Of a stretch of DNA of 32,418 nt, positions 27,178 through 32,418 are shown one piece after another. Origin of the DNA: Bacteriovoracaceae bacterium. GTDB taxonomy: Bacteria > Bdellovibrionota > Bacteriovoracia > Bacteriovoracales > Bacteriovoracaceae. The translations under genes and the position numbers were made by a program. Positions within the stretch are counted from its first letter, which is position 1. Each line of letters starts with the position of its first letter. The DNA is taken from NCBI GenBank assembly GCA_947448095.1, contig CANFNN010000001.1, forward strand, positions 1-32,418. The letters run 5' to 3'. Below the pieces are notes generated by a model. It searched no databases. It was not told where the DNA came from and saw only the letters and a list, made by a program, of their open reading frames with translations.

Positions 27178-27912
27178 CTATTTAGGTTGCGGGGAGACTA
27201 AGTTATCGAATTTCCTGGTCATTAACAGCATCAAACCTACAGAGATCATTGCCAAAGAGATCCACTGCGATGGAGTTAGCGGACCCCACAGGCCTCTGAT
27301 TTCATCGCCTCTAAGAAGCTCAATTCCAAAACGTAAAACTCCATATCCCAGAAAATAAATAGCAAAGGATTGAAGGGAGGCTCGTGATTTTAAAATAAAA
27401 AATGAAATAAAAAACAAACCTAAACTTTCAAAAGCCTGTGTCGGATGTCTAGTGGCACCATGAAGATGAATTCCCCACCAACCACTCGTTTCGCTTCCGT
27501 AGCAACACCCTGCCAGCAGGCAACCAATTCTTCCAATAGCGTGACCCAAGGTAAGTGCCGGCAACATTGCCCATAAATGGTGGGCATTGAGAGGAAACTT
27601 CAAAAGTTTATAAAATACCAAAAATAGCAGAACACATAAAAATCCACCATAAAAGACAAAACCACCACCGGTCCAAAAAGATGGCTCTAAGAGCAAATCA
27701 TTTTTATCATCAGCGATTGTTGTAAAATAAAAGAAAAGTTTTGAACCAATCCAAGAAGAAACGAAAATTCCCCAAAAAAGAAGCTGACCATAAATAGGAC
27801 TAATCACGGCCTTGGAAAAAAAGACCTGATATGCAACACCCCAGCCTAAACCCATTAAGAGAGGATAGGAATAGAGAATTAGATCATGGTTTTGAAACAG
27901 GATGGGAAGCAT
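27178..27912 (-). CDS. lgt: Prolipoprotein diacylglyceryl transferase
   Basis: GG.VFYGG, GHAIGRIGCLLAGCCYG, HPTQ..E, YG..RF.IE.LRGD, SQWIS; adjacent to lspA. Confidence 0.92.
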   Translation of the reverse strand: MLPILFQNHDLILYSYPLLMGLGWGVAYQVFFSKAVISPIYGQLLFWGIFVSSWIGSKLFFYFTTIADDKNDLLLEPSFWTGGGFVFYGGFLCVLLFLVFYKLLKFPLNAHHLWAMLPALTLGHAIGRIGCLLAGCCYGSETSGWWGIHLHGATRHPTQAFESLGLFFISFFILKSRASLQSFAIYFLGYGVLRFGIELLRGDEIRGLWGPLTPSQWISLAMISVGLMLLMTRKFDNLVSPQPK

Positions 27913-28420
27913 GGTCTCCTGATTGAGAGGCTAGTTTCTTAGCCTTCAATTGGGCAAAGAAATCAATTATTAAAAGCCCGGCAGCAACCGTAATGCAACT
28001 ATCGGCAACATTAAAGGCCGGAAAATGATTGGCCTCATCTTTCCAAAAGAAAAGTAGAAAATCGACAACATATCCAAGTGAGAAACGGTCAATGAGATTT
28101 CCAATGGCACCGGCCAATATCAGGGCATATGCCAAAGATAAATAGAATGGACTCTTAATTGTTTTAACCAACATATAAAATATCCATCCACAAAAAATAA
28201 CCGGCAAAACAAGAAACATCACGATTCGAAAATATTCATGCGCTCCAGCCCCAAATCCAAAAGCGGCTCCAGTATTTTTGACGTAAGCAATACTAAAAAA
28301 CCCGTCAATAACCGGGATCGACTGACCATAATAGAGATTGGTTTGGATAGCACCCTTAGACAACTGATCCACAATAATTAATGTTGCCATTACAAGGCAT
28401 AAAGACCAAAACCGAGTCAT
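27884..28420 (-). CDS. lspA: Lipoprotein signal peptidase II
   Basis: DQLSK, NTGAAFG, GAIGNLIDR, VVDFL, FNVADS. Confidence 0.96.
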   Translation of the reverse strand: MTRFWSLCLVMATLIIVDQLSKGAIQTNLYYGQSIPVIDGFFSIAYVKNTGAAFGFGAGAHEYFRIVMFLVLPVIFCGWIFYMLVKTIKSPFYLSLAYALILAGAIGNLIDRFSLGYVVDFLLFFWKDEANHFPAFNVADSCITVAAGLLIIDFFAQLKAKKLASQSGDHASHPVSKP

Positions 28421-28428
28421 GATAATTC

Positions 28429-29931
28429 CTAATAATAATCTTTTGGTGCGATTTCATATTTTTCAATTTTCCTGAGAAGTGTTTTCTTAGGAATATTGGC
28501 ATTTAGCGCTGTTTGATTAATCTTACCTTTATTAATTTTTAAGGCCTGAACGATAAACTCTTTCTCAAATAAATCTTTCGCGAGAGCAAAATCTAATTTT
28601 CCGCCATCGCCTACTTTGGCACCGAAAGAAAAATGGACTTCATTTCCAGTAAACGTTTTTGCCGAAGGAGCATCCAGAACCGAGTTTTGAATATCGGCTA
28701 AATCAATAACGCTATCAGCGGCAATTTGGTCTTTTGCTTCACTCTTCTTTTGATCCTTAAACACTATCGCAGGTAAAGAGTGAAGATGAATCATGTCAGA
28801 AGCTTCCATAATAAAACAATGTTCGATTATGTTACGAAGCTCACGAATGTTACCAGGCCAAGAGTAATTAGTTAAAACTTCCATTGCTTCAGGTTCAGCT
28901 CCACCAACTTTGAGATTGTGAACGTTGTTGAAGTAATTAATGTAGTGATTTACTAAATGAGGAATATCAGTTTTTCTCTCTCTTAATGGAGGAAGGTACA
29001 CAGGTAGAACGTTTAATCGGTAAAACAAATCCTCTCGAAATGTTCCATCTTTAATCATTTCTTCAAACGGTTTGTGAGAGGCGGCAATGATTCTGACATC
29101 AACTTTTATTTCGCGGTTTGATCCTACCGGCATGAAGGTCTTTTCCTGTAACACACGCAAAAGCTTTACTTGCATAGCAGCTGAAATGTCACCAATCTCA
29201 TCAAGAAAAATAGTTCCACCTTCGGCGAATTGGAATTTTCCTATTTTTCTTTGATCAGCACCAGTAAACGCACCCTTTTCGTGTCCAAAAAGTTCAGACT
29301 CAATCAGGTTTTCAGAAATTGCGCCGCAGTTAATGGTTACAAATTTCTCATCTTTTCTTGGAGAATTGTAATGAATTGCTTTCGCAACAAGTTCTTTACC
29401 AGTTCCAGACTCTCCGCGAATTAAGACAGGTGTCACAACTTTGGCCAGTTTAGAAATTACGTCGAATACTTTTTTCATCGCATTCGATTCACCAACAAAT
29501 TTATCTTTGGAAGTTGAAGTTTCACCAATCGAGAGTGTTGGAGATGAAAACGTCAGAGTTTCCACCATTGAACGCGCCTTGAGGGCACGCTTGATCAATG
29601 CAACTAAATTATCAGACGTGATAGGTTTTTCAAGATAGTTGTAAGCACCCTCTTTAACTGCTTTTACTGCATCTGTTACGTTGGAGTAAGCGGTAAGGAT
29701 TAATACAATCACTGAAGGGTCATGTTTCTTAATTTCAGTCAGAGCTTGTATACCATCCATCTCTGGCATGTTGACGTCCATGACAACTAGATCATATTTC
29801 TGGCCATAGACTTTGTTGACCGCTTCTTTCCCGTTATCAGCTACGTCCACCACAAAGTGGTGATACTCTAAGGCCTGCTTAACAGACTGCTGAAGAACTT
29901 TATCATCATCAACAACTAAAACCTTATGCAT
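28429..29931 (-). CDS. Sigma-54-dependent response regulator (NtrC family, REC-AAA+-HTH)
   Basis: VLVVDDD..DVNMPEMDG receiver, GESGTGKE, ESELFGHEKGAFTGA, FLDEIGD, FREDLFYRLNV, WPGNIREL, C-terminal Fis-type HTH. Confidence 0.96.
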   Translation of the reverse strand: MHKVLVVDDDKVLQQSVKQALEYHHFVVDVADNGKEAVNKVYGQKYDLVVMDVNMPEMDGIQALTEIKKHDPSVIVLILTAYSNVTDAVKAVKEGAYNYLEKPITSDNLVALIKRALKARSMVETLTFSSPTLSIGETSTSKDKFVGESNAMKKVFDVISKLAKVVTPVLIRGESGTGKELVAKAIHYNSPRKDEKFVTINCGAISENLIESELFGHEKGAFTGADQRKIGKFQFAEGGTIFLDEIGDISAAMQVKLLRVLQEKTFMPVGSNREIKVDVRIIAASHKPFEEMIKDGTFREDLFYRLNVLPVYLPPLRERKTDIPHLVNHYINYFNNVHNLKVGGAEPEAMEVLTNYSWPGNIRELRNIIEHCFIMEASDMIHLHSLPAIVFKDQKKSEAKDQIAADSVIDLADIQNSVLDAPSAKTFTGNEVHFSFGAKVGDGGKLDFALAKDLFEKEFIVQALKINKGKINQTALNANIPKKTLLRKIEKYEIAPKDYY

Positions 29932-29940
29932 GGACAGCTC

Positions 29941-31812
29941 CTATTCATTCTTAAGCTTTATTATAAACGAAGTACCCTCTCCTAGTTGAGAGGTAGCAGA
30001 AATAACCCCATTATGAAGTTCTATGAAATATTTTACCAGATAAAGGCCCAACCCAGAGCCTTTAATTGCGTGGGTTGAATCATTCTTCACCCGATAAAAC
30101 TTATCAAAAATATGGGCGAGGTCTTCTTCCCCTATACCTACCCCATTATCCTTAATCTCGATATAAACCCACGTAAGGTCATCCCACGTCTTCACCGAGA
30201 TGATTTTTCCCTTTCCCGCGTATTTTAAGGCATTTTCGATGAGATTTGAAATAACCCTGTTCATTAGTACAGTATCTACCTGAATAGGGTATAGGGGCGA
30301 GAGCTCGGATTCAATTTGAATTTGCTTATTACCTGCTTCGAATTTTAATTTTTCAAGTATGCCTTCAATGATTTTGTTCACATCACGTGATTCCATACGA
30401 AGTGTAAGATTCTGAGACTCTATTTTAGTTAAATCAAGAATGGAATTAATAAAGTCGTTCAATTCTTTTGTGGAGTTAACTACATTATCAATGAGTTCAG
30501 TTTGTTCTGGAGTATTGCTAAATTTAATTTTCAGAATGTCGGCAATACCTGCAATTTTAGCCACGGGAGTTTTCAGATCATGGCTCATGAGGGAAATGAA
30601 GTTTTGCTTCAGGTTATCAACCTGCTTTAAAAGCTTTGTTTCTTCCTGGATTGCGTAGCGAGTTTGATACTCTTCAATTGCTCTGAAAGGAACCCAGATA
30701 TAATAAACAACAAATATACTGAGAACGAGATGAGACAACTGGATCCAGAGCCCAAAAGAAATAAAGGCAAAATAGCTGATAAACAAAATCCCAATTATTA
30801 AAATGATTGTTATCATCAACCCTTTAACTGGCTGAACTCGAGAAATGATGTAGGACAAAATGATGGCAATAAGAATAGAAGCTATCTGAGTGTAAAAATC
30901 TTTTATGTCATAAATTGTTTTTTCAGCGATTAGTGCTTCAATGACGTTTGCATGAACCATCAATTTGGGCGTTCTCGCATTTTCTTTTTCGAAAGGCGTA
31001 AGCACAAAATCATTTGCGTTCGATAAATACTGAGGACCGATTATAACGATTTTATTTTTAAAAAAACCCTTAGGAAAATTCCCTACCACGACTCGGTGAA
31101 AAGGAATAATATGGGTTTCAGTTTTTAGAGGGTTACCAGAATATTTAAATAACGCAAAATTCGCATCTGCCTCAGAATTATAGTACACACCTTTATAAGC
31201 AGTTGCATCTATAGGCGGCAGTCCTTTTAATTCACGATATTTTTTAGCTGTCCATAAATGAATAGAATCTTCACCTGAGATATTGAGAATCGCACGACGA
31301 ACAACTTCGTCCTTGGAAAATATTAATTGATCCTTATAGAGCTGTCCAAGTAGGTAGCCAATATCTCTCAGACCTTCCGGTGGGATCTGTTCTCCAAAAT
31401 TATCAATTTCAGTACCAAATTTAAACTTCTCACCATGAGGAGAAAAAGTCTTTATGGATTCGTGAAATTCTGCCTGATATCTTGCCTCAACATCTGAATC
31501 CGGCTCAAGTAAAGAAACAAAATAATTAACGACGGCCGGCTGATCTTCAATTAATCGGTTCATGAGTCGATTATGGGAGGCATAGGTGTAAGGATAAGTT
31601 TCACCAAGGAACTGATCACTTTCTTCGTCTAAAACAATTAAGACAATAGGATTTTGAAAACTTCTTGAAGAGATGTCATTTTTAATCCAGAAATCTAAAA
31701 ATATTGATTCTAATGGATTAAAAGAATATTGAATTAAAATTAAAATAAATGCTAGGGTTACCAGTAATGGGGCAAATTTAGAAAACTCAATTTTCTTAAA
31801 TTTATTAAACAC
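29941..31812 (-). CDS. CHASE2-domain sensor histidine kinase
   Basis: IVLIVLDEES, D.VVRR, FKNKIVIIG, TPF, VHANVI (CHASE2); three TMs; SHDLKTP, NLIENALKY, DNGVGI, FDKFYRV, GSGLGL. Start likely GTG 31812. Confidence 0.93.
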   Translation of the reverse strand: MFNKFKKIEFSKFAPLLVTLAFILILIQYSFNPLESIFLDFWIKNDISSRSFQNPIVLIVLDEESDQFLGETYPYTYASHNRLMNRLIEDQPAVVNYFVSLLEPDSDVEARYQAEFHESIKTFSPHGEKFKFGTEIDNFGEQIPPEGLRDIGYLLGQLYKDQLIFSKDEVVRRAILNISGEDSIHLWTAKKYRELKGLPPIDATAYKGVYYNSEADANFALFKYSGNPLKTETHIIPFHRVVVGNFPKGFFKNKIVIIGPQYLSNANDFVLTPFEKENARTPKLMVHANVIEALIAEKTIYDIKDFYTQIASILIAIILSYIISRVQPVKGLMITIILIIGILFISYFAFISFGLWIQLSHLVLSIFVVYYIWVPFRAIEEYQTRYAIQEETKLLKQVDNLKQNFISLMSHDLKTPVAKIAGIADILKIKFSNTPEQTELIDNVVNSTKELNDFINSILDLTKIESQNLTLRMESRDVNKIIEGILEKLKFEAGNKQIQIESELSPLYPIQVDTVLMNRVISNLIENALKYAGKGKIISVKTWDDLTWVYIEIKDNGVGIGEEDLAHIFDKFYRVKNDSTHAIKGSGLGLYLVKYFIELHNGVISATSQLGEGTSFIIKLKNE

Positions 31813-32418
31813 GCTCCTCCATCTTCGAATCAAAGATGAGATCCCACTCATGAGGCAAAAACTCAAGTGTAATAATGTTTTGATAATGACGGCTTTTATT
31901 AACTGAAGAGAACTGTATCAATTTGCGACTTGAAAACGAATATATTTCATTATTGGAGCGAAGTTTTGCTCCAACCTTTTGTAATAAGTCATTTTCATAC
32001 GGATACTCTTTTATCAGATTTGCCAATTTCTTAAAGTAAGACTCCCCTAGGCTAAACTTATAAAATAAATCAAGCCAAGGATGCATTAAATAAAACATTA
32101 GCCAGTTCATGGCTTTCGCAAATTCATTTTTAGGAATTATTTTAGTTAAGACACCCACCATCGCATGCGAGGTCCATGAGGCAACACCTATGACAAACAT
32201 AACCTTGGTTCTTTTTGCTGCGAGATTTTTTTTCACCTGAAGGAGTAGTTCAAAACAAATCGCTGCCAACTCATCATTGCTACATTTATCGAGTAAGTCT
32301 TTACTCATGACCAAGCTAATAGATTTCTTATTCTGCAAAACAAAGGCGCGCTCAAGAGAGCCATTATAGTAATATAGCCGTGGCCTATGAACTGCGAGCT
32401 TATAGGCCTCCTGTGCCG
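31805..32418 (-). CDS. HtpX/M48-like protein lacking the zinc motif (5' end outside window)
   Basis: Frame is open to the window edge: AQEAYKLAVHRPRLYYYNGSLERAFVLQNKKSISLVMSKDLLDKCSNDELAAICFELLLQVK. Confidence 0.6.
   Translation of the reverse strand, partial: AQEAYKLAVHRPRLYYYNGSLERAFVLQNKKSISLVMSKDLLDKCSNDELAAICFELLLQVKKNLAAKRTKVMFVIGVASWTSHAMVGVLTKIIPKNEFAKAMNWLMFYLMHPWLDLFYKFSLGESYFKKLANLIKEYPYENDLLQKVGAKLRSNNEIYSFSSRKLIQFSSVNKSRHYQNIITLEFLPHEWDLIFDSKMEERV

Noticed and set aside
1123-30658. Numerous 60-130 aa alternative-frame and antisense ORFs in the track
   Set aside because: They lie within or opposite well-supported genes and show no motifs, so they are treated as shadow ORFs.
1-32418. 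CRISPR array, IS element, prophage or defence system
   Set aside because: No regularly spaced repeats, transposase, phage or recognisable defence genes; intergenic gaps are all short.

Overview
Dense, AT-rich bacterial chromosomal window. Gene content and order suggest Bdellovibrionota, probably Bacteriovoracaceae-like (inference). It opens with the 5' part of xseB on the minus strand (missed by the ORF track), followed by a complete flagellar rod/ring/junction cluster (flgF-G-A-H-I-J-M-N-K-L, csrA, fliW) behind a consensus sigma-54 promoter. Next come a convergent envelope operon (BatE-like, cNMP-binding, AI-2E, bamD, TPR), astA, tRNA-Asn(GTT), an orphan aKG-HExxH-type peptide-modifying enzyme, YgfZ-TPR/IscA/GrxB, an FHA protein, pduO-icmF, a ferredoxin, an outer-membrane beta-barrel, and lgt-lspA behind a CHASE2 kinase and sigma-54 response regulator. 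No CRISPR array, transposase or integrase was seen. The most notable observations are the precursor-less HExxH enzyme starting 7 nt after the tRNA, recurring AGGAT-loop hairpins at flagellar ribosome-binding sites (CsrA-like), two matching sigma-28-type promoters on uncharacterised genes, three apparent pseudo-enzymes (S26-like, M48-like, aminotransferase-like), a hairpin burying the OMP gene's SD, and a recurring R-x-[PI]-A-[SA] motif. All family calls are by eye from motifs; no searches were run.
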